Positions 1 to 12,794 of a stretch of 62,071 nt of DNA are shown one piece after another (position 1 is the first letter of the stretch; the number at the start of each line of letters is the position of its first letter). The notes beneath the pieces were generated by a model. That model had not been told where the DNA came from. It worked only from the letters and a program-made list of their open reading frames with translations, and made no database searches. This stretch comes from Mobula hypostoma (taxonomy: Eukaryota): contig NC_086106.1 in the NCBI RefSeq assembly GCF_963921235.1, positions 16,306,001 to 16,368,071 of the forward strand. Reading direction: 5' to 3'. The translations under genes and the position numbers were made by a program.

Positions 1-789
1 GATTTTAAAATTGAAATGAAATGAAAATTCAAAGGAGATGCGGGGGCAAGTTTGGCACGGAGTGTGACGGGTGCCGGGAGCGGTTAAGGCGTCCTTAGAT
101 AGACTCATGGATGAGAGAGCGAGGGAGAGATAACGATCACAGGAAGGCAGATGAGATTAGTTTAGTTTAATTAGGGCTCAATAGCTGAGCACAACGAGGG
201 CCTGTTTCTGAGCTGCGCTGATGTGTGTCTCCATGCTTAGAGGAACCTGTGAACACGGTGAAAGAAACTAGGCCAGAGTCAAGCTGACGGGGGCGTCATT
301 TGCAGCCATTTTCCAAGCGAGGAGACGCACTCTAGGAGGATAAAACGAAGGCAAGGCTTCCACGGTGAGTGGCAGGGCCATGGTGAGTGTTGTAGGCCAG
401 AGGGACCCAGGGGCCCGAAGTACGTGGCCCCCCCGAAAGCGGAGTCACAGGTAGGCTGGGTGGTGAAGAAGGCGTTGGGCACGCTGACCTTCGTCACTCA
501 GGGCACTGGGTACAGGAGTTGTGACCATTATGTTGCAGTTGTACAGGACGCTGGTGAGGCCGCACTTGGAGTATTGTGTTCTGCCCGGTCACCCTTTTGC
601 AGGAAAGATGGTATTAAACTGGAGAGAGGGATCGTTGAGCAAGTTCGGACTTTACTCCTTAATTTGGTCCATCAAATCTCAGTTACATCCTCATAAACCT
701 CTAAACCTTTCCTAACTGTGTACCCGCCCAAGTGCTTTTTAAAAATTGTTAACGTGCCAGCCTCAATGTGCACGCCCAATATTGTGTTG

Positions 790-1020
790 GGCACGTGGCC
801 AAGTGGTCGAGGCATTCACCTAGTGATCTGAAGGTCGCTAGTTCGAGCCTCAGCTGTGGCAGCGTGTTTGTGTCCTTGAGCAAGGCACTTAACCACACAT
901 TGCTCTAGTGTCTGTGCGAGGGGTGGTGCCCCACACAGACTTCCAATCTGCGCCTTGTAAGGCATGGAAATGCCCGACACAGGCCTCTCGTGGTCCGAGT
1001 CGACGTTCCCTCCCCCTGCC
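790..1020 (+). mobile_element. tRNA-derived SINE inserted in a CR1 fragment
   Basis: A-box-like TGGCCAAGTGG and B-box-like GGTCGCTAGTTCGAGCC head, then a SINE body (gtccttgagcaaggcacttaacc). Flanks are CR1 3' sequence. Confidence 0.65.
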
Positions 1021-1779
1021 TGCCTCCATCACTTCCTCTGGTAGCTCTTTCCATATACAGACCACCCTCTGGGTGAAAAAATTGCCCATCAGGTTCCTAT
1101 TAAATCTTCCCTCTCTCATTCTTAAACCAGTGCCCTCTGGTTCTTGATTCCCCCAACCCTGGGGAGAAAGACTGCACGCATTCACCCTATCTGTGCCCCC
1201 TCATGGTTTTATACACCTCGATAAGGTCACACTTCACTCCAAGGAGTAAAGTCCCAACCTCTCTGCATAACTCAGTCCATGGGAGACCTGGCAACACCCT
1301 CTGCGCTCTTTCCAGCTTAAAGGCATCTTTCCTAGAGCAGGGCAACCACACCTGAACACAATACCCAGCGGCCTCAGCAGCATCTGGTACACCTGCAACA
1401 CTGCGTCCCAGGGCTCGGGGCCCTGACCGGATGGAGGTCAGGGTACCCAGGCGTTTTCCTTACCACCCTGTCGACCTGCGACTGGGGGGAAAAAAAATTG
1501 TTGAGCTAAAGAGTTAATGAATTACTTTTGGCACTGTGTAGTCTAGCCTTCAGCTGTTTGCAGTGATCTTGACTGATAAGGTGGAGTTAACAGGCAGAGT
1601 CATTGCTGGCGTGTCTTGGCAGATGGAACAATCGACTACGTTTAATCAGCAATGCCTACTTCCCTTCGCAGGGCGGGGGTGCAGACTGTAAGCATTACAT
1701 CGCAATGTTTACAAAGCAGTGACGAGAGCTTGCTTGCAGCACTGCGAGTAGTTTTGGGCCCCCTCCATCGAAGAAAAGA

Positions 1780-2690
1780 TGGAAACATGGGAAAACCTGC
1801 AGGTGCTGGAAATTCAAGCAACACACACACAAACTGCTGGTGGAAAGCAGCAGGCCAGGCAGCACCTATAGGAAGAGGTACAGTCGAGACCTTTCGTCAG
1901 GACTGACTGAAAGAAGAGATAGTGAGAGATTTGAAAGTGGGAGGGGGAGGGGGAGATCCAAAATGATAGGAGAAGACAGGAGGGGGAGGGATGGAGCTAA
2001 GATTTGGACAGTTGATTGGCAAAAGGGATATGAGAGGATCATGGGACAGGAGGCCCAGGGAGAAAGAAAAGGGGGAGGGGGGAAGCCTAGAGGATGGGCA
2101 AGGGGTATAGTGAAAGGGACAGAGGGAGAAAAAGGTACGCTCTGTCTGCCAGAGAAAGCAGGATCTCCCAGTGGCCACACATTTTAATTCCACGTCCCAT
2201 TCCCATTCTGACATGTCTATCCACGGCCTCCTCTACTGTCAAGATGAAGCCACACTCAGGTTGGAGGAACAATACCTTATATTCCGTCTAGGTAGCCTCC
2301 AACCTGATGGCATGAACATCGACTTCTCTAACTTCCACTAATGCCCCACCTCCCCCTCGTACCCCATCCGTTATTTATTTATTTATATACACACATTCTT
2401 TTTCTCTCTCTCCTTTTTCTCCCTCTGTCTGTCTCACTATACCCCTTGCCCATCCTCTGGGCTTCCCCCCTCCCTCTTTCCTTCTCCCCGGGCCTCCTGT
2501 CCCATGATCCTCTCATATCCCTTTTGCCAATCACCTGTCCAGCTCTTGGCTCCATCCCTCCCCCTCCTGTCTTCTCCTATCATTTTGGATCTCCCCCTCC
2601 CCCTCCCACTTTCAAATCTCTTACTAGCTCTTCCTTCAGTTAGTCCTGACGAAGGGTCTCGGCCCGAAACGTCAACTGTACCTCTTCCCA
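1780..2690. mobile_element. Penelope-like element (PLE) fragments in inverted arrangement (about 1780-2120 minus, 2130-2690 plus)
   Basis: 2130-2340 encodes a frameshifted GIY-YIG C-terminus (RLEEQ.L..RLGSLQP.GMNI.FSNF type). The terminal repeat with ctgacgaagggtctcggcccgaaacgtc is at 2646-2673, and a deleted reverse-complement copy is at about 1880-1910. Confidence 0.75.
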
Positions 2691-3903
2691 TGGAAGAAAA
2701 GATGGGCTGGCATTGGAGAGGGTCCAGAGCAGGTTCACGAGAATGATCCCGGGAATGAAAGGGTTAAGGCCTGAGGAGCGTTTGACGGCTCTGGGCCTGT
2801 GCCACTCAGAAGAATGAGGGAGGATCTCACTGAAACCTGTTCAGTACTGAAAAGCCTCGACAGAGTGGATGTGGAAAGGACGTTTCCTATCGTGCAGGAG
2901 TCTAGGCCCAGAGGGCACTGCCTCAGAATACAAGGACGACCCTTCAGAACAGAGGTGAGGAGGATGGTGAATCTGTGGAATTCTTTGCCACAGATGGTTA
3001 AGTCATTGTGTATATTTAAAGAGGAGGTTGGTAGACCACAAGAGCATAAGAGCAGAATTAGGCCATTTGGCCCATCGAGACTGTTCCGCCATTTCATCAT
3101 GGCTGATTCACTTCGCTCTCAGCCCCAAGCTCTACCTTCTCCCCGTATCCTTTCACGCCCTGACTAATCACGAAACTATCAACCTCTGCCTTAAATATAC
3201 CTCGTAACTTGGCCTCCACAGCCACCCGTGGCAATGAGTTGCACAGATTCACCACTCTCTGGCTAAAACAATCCCTCCTCATCTCCATGCTAAATGACTG
3301 ATTGATGGCATCCGGCTGTCTCGAAGAACAATGGAGAGAATGGCCTCTCCAGGGCACAAGGTACAGAGATCCTGAGAAGCCCAGTCGTCAAGATCCCCCT
3401 CTCGGCCCCACCAGTGTAGTCCAAAGGAAAGCTTATGAAGCGATACGTTTGGCTGCAGGAGCTGCTGGAAGGATATTCAATGACATCCAGCCACCTTAGG
3501 GGCTCCACTCCAGATTCGCTGTCTGGGTTTACTCCCGTAGCCTTCGTCTCTCCCGAGGCTGCCCGCGTTTACCCATAGCTAAATGGGCTTCCCTCTATTT
3601 TCAGGCTTTATTCATTTTACTTTACATTACATTGCTTCAGTGATGTCACTATGGTATCAACTCTTTCTCTGAAGGTTTATTTACGGAATCTTGTAAATTG
3701 TCTGGCAGCCTTTTTGTTTTTTTTGTTTTGTCTGTATTTACTTTGTATTGTTTTGTATGTCTTCAGTACATTTTGTCTTTGTAAAACTGAAAATTGTAAA
3801 TAAAATAATGAACCTTCTCCAATGTCATCACATCCTTCCTTAGATAAGGGGCCCAAAATTGCTCACAACACTCCAAGCGAGGCCTCACCAGTGTCTTATA
3901 AAG

Positions 3904-5055
3904 CAGGGGTCCCCCAACCTTTTTTGCATTGCGGACTGGTTTAATATTGACAATATTCCTGCGGACCGGCCGACCCAGCGGGGTGCGGGGGGGGGGGGTA
4001 GGGTTGCCAATTAGCAGTCAAGTACATTGTGTTTACCCCGAGAAAGACTACAATGACCATGAAGCTTTGCGCGGGCACCTGTGTGTGCATGCGTGTACGT
4101 GCCGATTTTTTCTACCAATCGTTTTTGGCGATTCTGTTCAGGGAGGGGGTTAATCAAAACCGGAATATAGGTGATAAGTGGCTTATACACTCAGTTTCGT
4201 TTCTAAAATAGTTTATCTAACAAATTTAATATTAAACGCACAGCGCATATTTTGCTCGCATGAATATAGTGATAAGTCAATTATCAGGGGAGGACAGGGG
4301 AGCTTGAAGTAAGTGTTGAACGAACTTCCAGTAGAAGTGGTAGAGGCAGGTTCGATATTATCATTTAAAGGAAAATTGGATAGGTACATGGACAGAAAAG
4401 GAATGGAGGGTTATGGGCTGAGTGCAGGTCAGTGGGACTGGGTGAGACTAGAAGGGCAGAGATGGCCTGTTTCCATGCTGTAATTGTTATATGGTTATAT
4501 AAGTCACTTATAAGTCAATAGCATCATAACATTTTAAGTAACGTTTGGATATTAAACACACTGCACATATTTTCCCTGTATGAACATATAAAATCATTGC
4601 AACACACCAATATCGCTGAATCAGTGGGAGCCCTGGGCTTGTTTCCCTGCAACAAGACAGTCCCATCGAGGGGTGATGGGAGACAGCGATACTCGAAGGG
4701 GGTTCCTAATGTCCAGTCTATTCTGCAATTTAGTTTTCGTTGCATTCATTGAAAAGAGATATGTTGGAAGTGGAAGCAACGTTTTCAGTGATTTCGTGGC
4801 TATCTCAGGATATTTAGCCTTGACTTTGATCCAGAATGCCGGCAGAGATGTTATGTCAAACATACTTTTCAGCCCGCCATCATTCGCAAGCTCGAGGAGT
4901 TGATCTCTTTCCCACGCTGATATGGATGACGCGCAGGTAATGACCTCGCGTGCGTTCAAACTCAACAGGGCATGACAGGGAATGAGGAAAGGTGCAGCTG
5001 ACTCATATCACCAAATCATATCGTTTCCTCGCGGCTCGGTGGTTGGGGACCGCTG
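3904..5055 (-). mobile_element. Non-autonomous hAT (Buster/Charlie-like) DNA transposon, copy A
   Basis: TIRs CAGGGGTCCCC(C)AACC ... GGTTGGGGACCGCTG. 8-bp TSD TTATAAAG at 3896-3903 and 5056-5063. Internal hAT dimerisation-domain remnant (FWIKVK..YPEIATK.LK.LLP). Confidence 0.9.
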
Positions 5056-6316
5056 TTATAAAGCCTTAACATTACATCTTTGCTTTTATATTCTAGTCCT
5101 CTTGAAATGAATGCTAACATTACATTTGCTTTCCTCACCACAGACTCAACCTGCAAATGAACCCTTAGGGAATCCTGCAAGAGGACGCCTAAGTCCACAC
5201 CCCACAGTTTTTTGAATTTTTTCTACAGTTAGAAAATAATCTACACTTTTATTTCTTCTACCAAAGTCCATGACCATCTGCCTCTTCATTGCCCATTCTC
5301 CAAATCTGTCTAAGTCTCTCTGCAGACTCTCTGCTTCCTCAACTCTACCTGCCCCTGCACCTAATTTCATATCGTCTGCAAACTTTACAACGAAGCCATC
5401 AAATCCATCATTCAAATCTTTGACATACAATTTAAAAAGAATCGGTCCCAACACAGACCCCTGTGGAACACCACTAGCCACTGGCAGCCGATCAGGAAAG
5501 GTACCTTTTATTCCCACTCTTTGCCTCCTGCCGATCAGCCACTGCTTTATTCATGCTAGAACCTTTCTTTACAATACCACGGGCTCTTAATTTGTTAAGC
5601 AGCCTTATGTGTGGCACCTTGTCTAAGGCAGCGGTCCCCAACCACCGGGCCGCGAGGAAATGATATGATTTGGTGATATGAGTCAGCTGCACCTTTCCTC
5701 ATTCCCTGTCATGCCCTGTTGAGTTTGAACGCACGCGAGATCATTACCCGCGCGTCATCCATGTCAGCGCAGGAAGGAGATCAACTCCTCGAGCTTGCAA
5801 ATGACGGCGGGCTGAAAAGCATGTTTGACATAACATCTTTGCCGGCATTCTGGATCAAAGTCGAGGCTAAATATCCTGAGGTAGCCACGAAAGCACTGAA
5901 AACATTGCTTCAATTTCCAACATATCTCTGCAATGAATGCAACGAAAACTAAATTGCGGAATAGACTGGACATAAGGAACCCCGTTCGAGTATCGCTGTC
6001 TCCCATCACCCCTCGATAGGACCGTCTCGTTGCAGGAAAACAAGCCCAGGGCTCCCACTGATTCAGTGATATTGGTGTGTTGCCATGATTTTATATGTTC
6101 ATACGGGGAAAATATGCGCTGTGTGTTTAATATCCAAACGTTACTGAAAATGTTATGATGCTATTGACTTATAAGTGACTTATATAACCATATAACAATT
6201 ACAGCACGGAAACAGGCCATCTCTGCCCTTCTAGTCCGTGCCGAATGCTACTCTCACTTAGTCCCACCAACCTGCACTCAGCCCATAACCCTCCATTCCT
6301 TTCCTGTCCATATAGT

Positions 6317-6464
6317 CCTTCCTTCAGTTAGTCCTGACGAAGGGTCTCGGCCTGAAACGTCGACTGCGCCTCTTCCTATAGATGCTGCCTGGCCTGCTGC
6401 GTTCACCAGCAACTTTGATGTGTGTTGCTTGAATTTCCAGCATCTGCAGAATTCCTGTTGTTTG
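6317..6464 (+). mobile_element. 148-bp PLE-terminal-repeat-derived short retroposon nested in hAT copy B
   Basis: 13-bp direct repeat CTGTCCATATAGT at 6304-6316 and 6465-6477. The insert is absent from hAT copy A and matches the PLE terminal repeats at about 2630-2690 and 11090-11220. Confidence 0.85.
6329..6366 (+). ncRNA. Minimal type I hammerhead ribozyme motif (PLE-associated)
   Basis: TAGTC-CTGACGA-AGG(GTCTCGG)CCT-GAAA-CG-TC-GACTG. Intact CUGANGA and GAAA core, stem I TAGTC/GACTG, palindromic ACGT stem III, predicted cleavage after C6361. Confidence 0.7.
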
Positions 6465-8554
6465 CTGTCCATATAGTTGTCCACTTTAACTTTAAATGAT
6501 AATATCGAACCTGCCTCTACCACTTCTACTGGAAGTTCATTCAACGCTTACTTCAAGCTCCCCTTTCCTCCCCTGATAATTGACTTATCACTATATTCAT
6601 GCGAGGAAAATATGCGCTGTGCGTTTAGTATTAAATTCATTAGGTAAACCCTTTTAGAAATGAAATTGAGTGTATTAGGCACTTATCACCTATATTCCAG
6701 TCATGATTAACACCCCCGCCCCCAGAAGAGAGTCGCCAAAAACGATTAGTAGAAAAAAATCGGCACGTACACGCATGCACACACAGGTGCCCGCGCAAGG
6801 CTTCATGGTCATGGTAGTCTTTCTCAGGGTAAACACAATGTATTTAACTGCTACTCTTCTCCGTTAGAAAACCTACCCACCCCCCCCCCACCCCCGGATC
6901 GGCCGGTCCGCAAGAATATTGCCAATATGAAACCAGTCCGCGGTGCATAAAAGGTTGGGGACCCCTGGTCTAAGGCCTTCTGAAAATCCAAGTACACAAG
7001 ATCAACCGATTCTCCTTTGTCTATCCTGCTTGTTATTTCTTCAAAGAATTCCAACAGATTTGTCAGGCAAGATTTTCCCTTGAGGAAACCATGCTGACTT
7101 TGGCCTATTTTATCACATGACTCCAAGTACCCTGAGACCTCATCCTCAATAATCAACTCCAATGTCTTCCCAACCACTGAGGTCAGACTAACTGGCCTAT
7201 AATTTCCTTTCTACTTCCTCTCTCCCTTCTTGAAGAGTGGAGTGACATTTGCAATTTTCCAATTCTCTGGAACCATTCCAGAATCTATTGATTCTTGAAA
7301 GATAATTTTTAAAGCCTCCACATGTCTTCAGCCACCTCCTTCAGAACCCTGGGGTGTACACCATCTGGTCCAGGTGATTTATGTACCTTCAGACTTTTCA
7401 GATTCCTAAACACCCTCTCCCGAGTGATGGCAACTTCACTCACGTCTGCCCCCTGAAACTCTCAAACTTCTGGCATACTGCTAGTGTCTTCCACACTGAA
7501 GACTGATGCAAAATACTTATTCAGTTCATCCACCATTTCCTATCCCCCATTACTACCTCTCCTGCATCGTTTTCCAGCACTCCAATATCTCCTCTCACCT
7601 CTCTTTTACACTTTATGTATCTGAAGAAACTTTTGGTATTCTCTTTAATATTATTGGCTATCTTACCTTCATATTCCATCTTTTCCTCCTTTGCCTTTTT
7701 AGTTGTCTTCTGTTGGTTTTTAAAACCTTCCCAATGCTCTAACTTCCCACTAATTTTTGCTCTATTATATGCCCTCTCTTTGACTTTTATGTTGATTTTG
7801 ACTTCTCTTGTCAGCCACGATTGGTCATCCTGCCTTTAGAATACTTTTGTTTTTGGTATGTATCTATCCTGCACCTTCCAAATTGTTCCCAGAAACTCCA
7901 GCCACTGCTGCTCTGCCATCATCCCTGCCAGTGTTCTTTTCCAATCAATTCTGGCCAGCTCCTCTCTCATGCTTCTGTAATTCCCTTTACTCCATTGTAA
8001 TACTGATACATCTGACTTTTGTTTCTCTCTCTCAAACTGCTGGGTGAATTTGATCCTATTATGATCGCTTTCCCCTAAGGATTCCTTTTACCTTAAGCTC
8101 TCTGATCAATTCTGGTTCATTGCACAACACCCAATCCAGAATAACTAATGCCCTAGTGGGCTCAATCATGTGCTGCTTTAAAAAGCCATCTTGCAGGCAT
8201 TCTACAAACTCACCCTCTTGGGATCCAACACCAACTTGATATTCTCAATCTACCTGCATATTGAAATTTCCCATAACTATTGTAACATTGCCCTTCTAAC
8301 ATGCATTTCCTATCTCCTGGTGCAACTGGTAGCCCACACCTTTGCTACTGTTCGGAGGTCTGTACGTAACTCCCATCAGGGTCTTTTTACCCTTGCAGTT
8401 TCTTAACTCTACCCACAAGGTTTCTACATCTTCTGATCCTATGTCACCTCTTTCTAAGGATTTGATTTCATTTTTTTTTACCCCACCCTTTCTGCCTACC
8501 TGCCTGTCCTTTCACTACAATGTGTACCCTTGGATGTTAATCTCCCAGCTATAA

Positions 8555-9680
8555 TTGTTAGGTATTAATATTGAAGTAGTAAAATGGATTCAGCAGTGGC
8601 TGGATGGGAGACGCCAGAGAGTAGTGGTGGATAACTGTTTATCAGGTTGGAGGCCGGTGACTGGTGGTGTGCCTCAGGAATCTGTACTGGGTCCAAAGTT
8701 CCTTGTCATATACATTAATGATCTGGATGATGGGGTGGTAAATTGGATGAGTAAGCATGCAGATGATACTAAGATAGGTGGAGTTGTAGATAATGAAGTA
8801 GGTTTTCAAAGCTTGCAGAGAGATTTAGGCCAGTTAGAAGAGTGGGCTGAAAGGTGGCAGATGGAGTTTAATGCTGATGAGTGTGAGGTGCTACACTTTG
8901 GTAGGACTAATCAAAATAGGACATACATGGTAAATGGTAGGGCATTGAAGAATGCAGTAGAACAGAGGGATCTAGGAATAATAGTGCATAGTTCCCTGAA
9001 GGTGGAATCTCATGTGGATAGGGTGGTGAAGAAAGCTTTTGGTATGCTGGCCTTTATAAATCAGAGCATTGAGTATAGGAGTTGAGATGTAATGTTGAAA
9101 TTGTACAAGGCATTGGTGAGGCCAAATTTGGAGTATTGTGTACAGTTTTGGTCACCGAATTATAGGAAAGATGTCAATAAAATTGAGGGAGTACAGAGAA
9201 GGTTTACTGGAATGTTACCTGGGTTTCAGCACCTGAGTTACAGAGAAAGGTTGAACAAGTTGAGTCTTTATTCTTTGGAACGTAGAAGGTTGAGGGGGGA
9301 CTTGATAGAGGTGTTTAAAATTATGAGGGGGATAGATAGGGTTGACATGAATAGGCTTTTTCCATTGAGAGTGGGGGAGATTCAAACAAGAAGACATGAG
9401 TTGAGAGTTAAAGGGCAAAAGTTTAGGAGTAACATGAGGGGGAACTTCTTTACTCAGAGAGTGGTAGCTGTGTGGAACGAGCTTCCAGCAGAAGTGGTGG
9501 AAGCAGGTTCGATGTTGTCGTTTAAAGTTAAATTGGACAGCTATGTGGACAGGAAAGGAATGGAGGGTTATGGGCTGAGTGCGGGTCGGTGGGACTAGGT
9601 GAGAGTAAGAGTTTGGCACGGACTAGAAGGGCTGAGATGGCCTGTTTCCGTGCCGTAATTGTTATATGGTTATATGGTTA
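8555..9680 (+). mobile_element. CR1 LINE 3' half (RT C-terminus and tail)
   Basis: ORFs 8555-9085 and 9092-9598 separated by one stop: GVPQESVLGP, HADDTK, RPNLEYCVQFWSP, RGNFFTQRVV. (TTATATGG)n tail. Confidence 0.92.
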
Positions 9681-10624
9681 TAATCTTCTTTCAGCCATGA
9701 CTCTGATGCCCACAACATCATACCTGCCATTCCCCAACTGTGAGTTCATTTCCCTTACTCTGTATACTGCAAGCATTTAAACATAACACCTACATAGGTT
9801 CTTGATTAACCAGGGTTACGGGGAGAGGGCAGGAGAATGGGGCTGAGAGGGTCGATGGAACGACAGAGCAGACTCGATGGGCTGAATGGCCTAATTCTGT
9901 TCCTTATGGTCTAATGTTCGCCAGGCTGCAGGAGGGGTAGGATTATGCTGGAGGGGATTCGCTGAGTTATTGCCAGGACCTTGGCTATGGGAAGAGACTG
10001 GACAGGTTGGTACCTCTTGCTCCAGAGCGGTGGAGGGTGTGGGGTGACCTGACAGAGATTCACAACGTTACGACAGGGACAGAGAGACAGCCGGTATCTT
10101 TTTCCTCAGGGTGGGGGGGGTATTGTAAACAAAAGGGCGTGTTTGAGGTGGGAGGAGGGTGGCGATTTAAAGGATAGGTAGGGAGGGTGCCAGAGGAGAC
10201 GGTAGACAGTTAGTGCCTTTAAGGGGCCGTGAGACAGACATTGATCAGACAGGATTCAGACCTAAAGGGTGTAAGTGGGGCAGGTGCTGTCGGGGGTGGG
10301 GTAGGGGAAATCGTCATAGAACATAGAACAGTACAGGTCCTTCAGCCCGCAATGTTGTGCCAGGCTTTTAACATGCTCCAAGATCAATCTAACCCTCCCT
10401 CCCATAAAACCCTCCATTCTTCTTTCATCCATGCACCTATCTAAGAGTTGGGAGGGCGTTCCACACACTCTCCACTCTCCGTGTATAAAACCGACCTCTG
10501 ACGTTCTCCCCCCACCCTATACTTTCCACTGATCTCCTTAAAATTACGCCCCTCATATTAGTCATTTCCATCCTGGGGTGGGGGGGGGGAGGCACTGGCT
10601 AGCCACTCTACCGACACCTCTTTG

Positions 10625-10906
10625 GGGCGGCACGGTAGTGTAGTGGTTAGCACAGCGCTTTACAGTGCCAGCGACCCGGGTTCAATTCCCACCACTGCCT
10701 GAAAGGAGTTTGTACCTTCTCCCCTGTGACCGACTGGGTTTCCTCCGGGTGCTCTGGTTTCCTCCCACAGTCCAAAGATAAGGTTGATAGGTTAATTGGT
10801 CATTGTAAATTGCCCCGTGGTTAGGCTAGGGTTAAGTCAGGGGATTGCTGGGCGGTGAAAGGCCACAAGGGCCTGCTCCACGCTGTATCTCAATAAATAA
10901 ATAAAT
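10625..10906 (+). mobile_element. V-SINE-like tRNA-derived SINE
   Basis: GGCACGGTAGTGTAGTGG A box, GGGTTCAATTCCC B box, central TGGGTTTCCTCCGGGTGCTCTGGTTTCCTCCCACAGTCCAAAGA domain typical of V-SINEs, (TAAA)n tail. Confidence 0.85.
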
Positions 10907-11089
10907 CTTATACACCTCTATCAAGTCACCTCTCATCCTCCTTTGCTCCAAAGAAAAAAAGCCCAAGCTCGTTCAACCTTTCCTTCATAACCTCATAAGG
11001 CAGGCTCTCCAATCCAGGCAGCATCCTGGTAAGTCTCCTCTGCACCCCCTCTAAAGCTTCCAAGTCCTGAACACAATACTCTAATTGTG

Positions 11090-11900
11090 GTCACAAAACA
11101 CTCTGCAGATGCCGGGGTCAAAGCAACACTCACAAGACGCTGGAGGAACTCAACAGGTCAGGCAGCATCTGTAGAAACGATGGGTCGACGTTTTGGGCTG
11201 GAACCCTTCGTCAGGACTGTAGGAGGAGGGGGCAGAGGCCCTATAAAGAAGGTGGGAGGAGGGTGGGAAGGAGAAGGCTGGTAGGTTCCAGGAGAAAAAC
11301 CAGTAAGGGGAAAGATAAAGGGGTGGGGGAGGGGAGGCAGGGAGGGGATAGGCAGGAAAGGTGAAGAAGGAATAGGGGAAAGTACAATGGGTAGTAGAAG
11401 GAGGCGGAACCAAGAGGGAGGAGGTAGGTAGCTCAGGGAGGGGGCAGAGTGACATAGGGATAGGGGAAGGGAGGGAGAGGGAATTACCGGAAGTTGGAGA
11501 ATTCTATGTTCATACCAAGGGGCTGGAGACTACCTAGATGGTATATGAGGTGTTGCTCCTCCAACCTGAGTTTAGCCTCATCATGGCAGTAGAGGAGGCC
11601 ATGTATGCACATATCCGAATGAGAATGGGAAGCAGAGTTGAAGAGGGTGGCAACCAGGAGATCCTGTCTGTTGTGGCGGACAGAGCTGAGGTGCTCGACG
11701 AAGCGGTCCCCCAATCTGCGTCAGGTTTCACCGATGTAGAGGAGGCCGCACCAGGAGCACCGGATGCAATAGATGACCCCAACAGTCTCACAGGTGAAGT
11801 GTTGCCTCACCTGGAAGGAGTGTTTGGGGTCCTGAATGGCGGCAAGAGAGGAGGTGTAGGGACAGGTGTAGCACTTACGCTTGCATGGATAAGTGCCGGG
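11090..11900 (-). mobile_element. Penelope-like element 3' fragment (GIY-YIG endonuclease plus terminal repeat)
   Basis: CKRKCYTCPY...GVIYCIRCSWCGLLYIGET, then DRFVEHL...RLEEQHLIYHLGSLQPLGMNIEFSNFR. Terminal repeat carries a mutated hammerhead (GAAA to AAAA) at about 11181-11218. Confidence 0.9.
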
Positions 11901-12211
11901 TGGGAGAACTCTAATTGTGGTCAAACCAGGGTTTTAGAGAGCTGCAACGTTACCGCATGGCTCTTGAGCTCAGTCCCCTGCCTAAAGAAAACCAACAAAG
12001 AATGTCCCATCTTGAAGCACTCTTATGAGCCAAATGGCCTGTTTCTGTGCTATCCCACTCTGTGGGTCTAGAACAGCCCAACAGATCACGTCACCCCGGG
12101 CTTGCGATTGATGACCTGAAGCCAATCTCTCGTGGCCGGCGTTACACACACTGAACACATCCCCAGGGTGGTGTACTAGACTTCCTGCCACCCTCCCCTC
12201 CCCCAACTTAC

Positions 12212-12284
12212 CCTTTCCCAGTGTCTGCTGGGATCTTCTCCATCGGGATGTCCGTGTTTACCCAGAGAGAGTCTGGACTGGATC
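12212..12284 (-). CDS. Probable cytoplasmic exon of the Ig-like receptor (GSSPDSLWVNTDIPMEKIPADTGK...)
   Basis: Acceptor cccccacag| at 12286-12285 and donor |GTAAGT at 12211. The 73-nt exon is open in the phase-1 frame that follows the TM exon. It ends in phase 2; the next exon was not resolved. Confidence 0.6.
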
Positions 12285-12794
12285 CTGTGGGGGTGGGGGG
12301 AGACAAACATCCGTCATTTCAGCAGGCATTCCCGGAGCCCGACCCAAACACCGGTCAGAGGTACAGAGCTGAGAACGTCTCGTCCCTCCCTCACCCACGA
12401 CCCCTGTCTCCCCATCCCAGGCTCGGCCTGCCTTCCGATCTCCCTATCTGCTCGTGTCTGTACCTTCACTGCTGTGTCTGCGACTGCTGTCTGACGTGCT
12501 CCGGTCTGCGTCTGCCACCTGAACCCTCCGTCCCTGTCTGCGCCTGCTGTCGGACTTTGTCTGCGTCTGTACCTGCCGTCTACCACCCGTCTGTGTCTGT
12601 GCCTGATGTCGGACAACCCGTCTGTGTCTGCACTTGCAGTCTGAACAAGTCTGTGCCGGATGTCTGAACCCTGTAAACCGTATCTGCGGATGATTTTACA
12701 TGAGGAGCCCCCCGCATCCAGGCCCGGACAACCGCCACAATCGTCTGGCCCACTAGCACCACCCCCAAGGAGACCATCGCAGAGGCAGACGAAC

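Larger units (their letters stand above)
5629..6967 (+). mobile_element. Non-autonomous hAT transposon, copy B (opposite orientation to A)
   Basis: TIRs CAGCGGTCCCCAACC ... GGTTGGGGACCCCTG. 8-bp TSD GTCTAAGG at 5621-5628 and 6968-6975. Same internal transposase remnant as copy A. Confidence 0.9.
3810..8550 (-). mobile_element. Long decayed CR1 LINE (RT region) interrupted by two hAT elements
   Basis: Minus-strand peptides QHGFLKGKSCLTNLLEFFEE...VDLVYLDFQKA, PHIRLLNKL, SGVPQGSVLGP, KFADD. The frame resumes across the hAT insertion sites. Confidence 0.9.

Noticed and set aside
236-370. Exon-like unique segment with GTGAGT donors near the window start
   Set aside because: No recognisable protein motif, stops in the frames from the best acceptor, and no partner exons in view.
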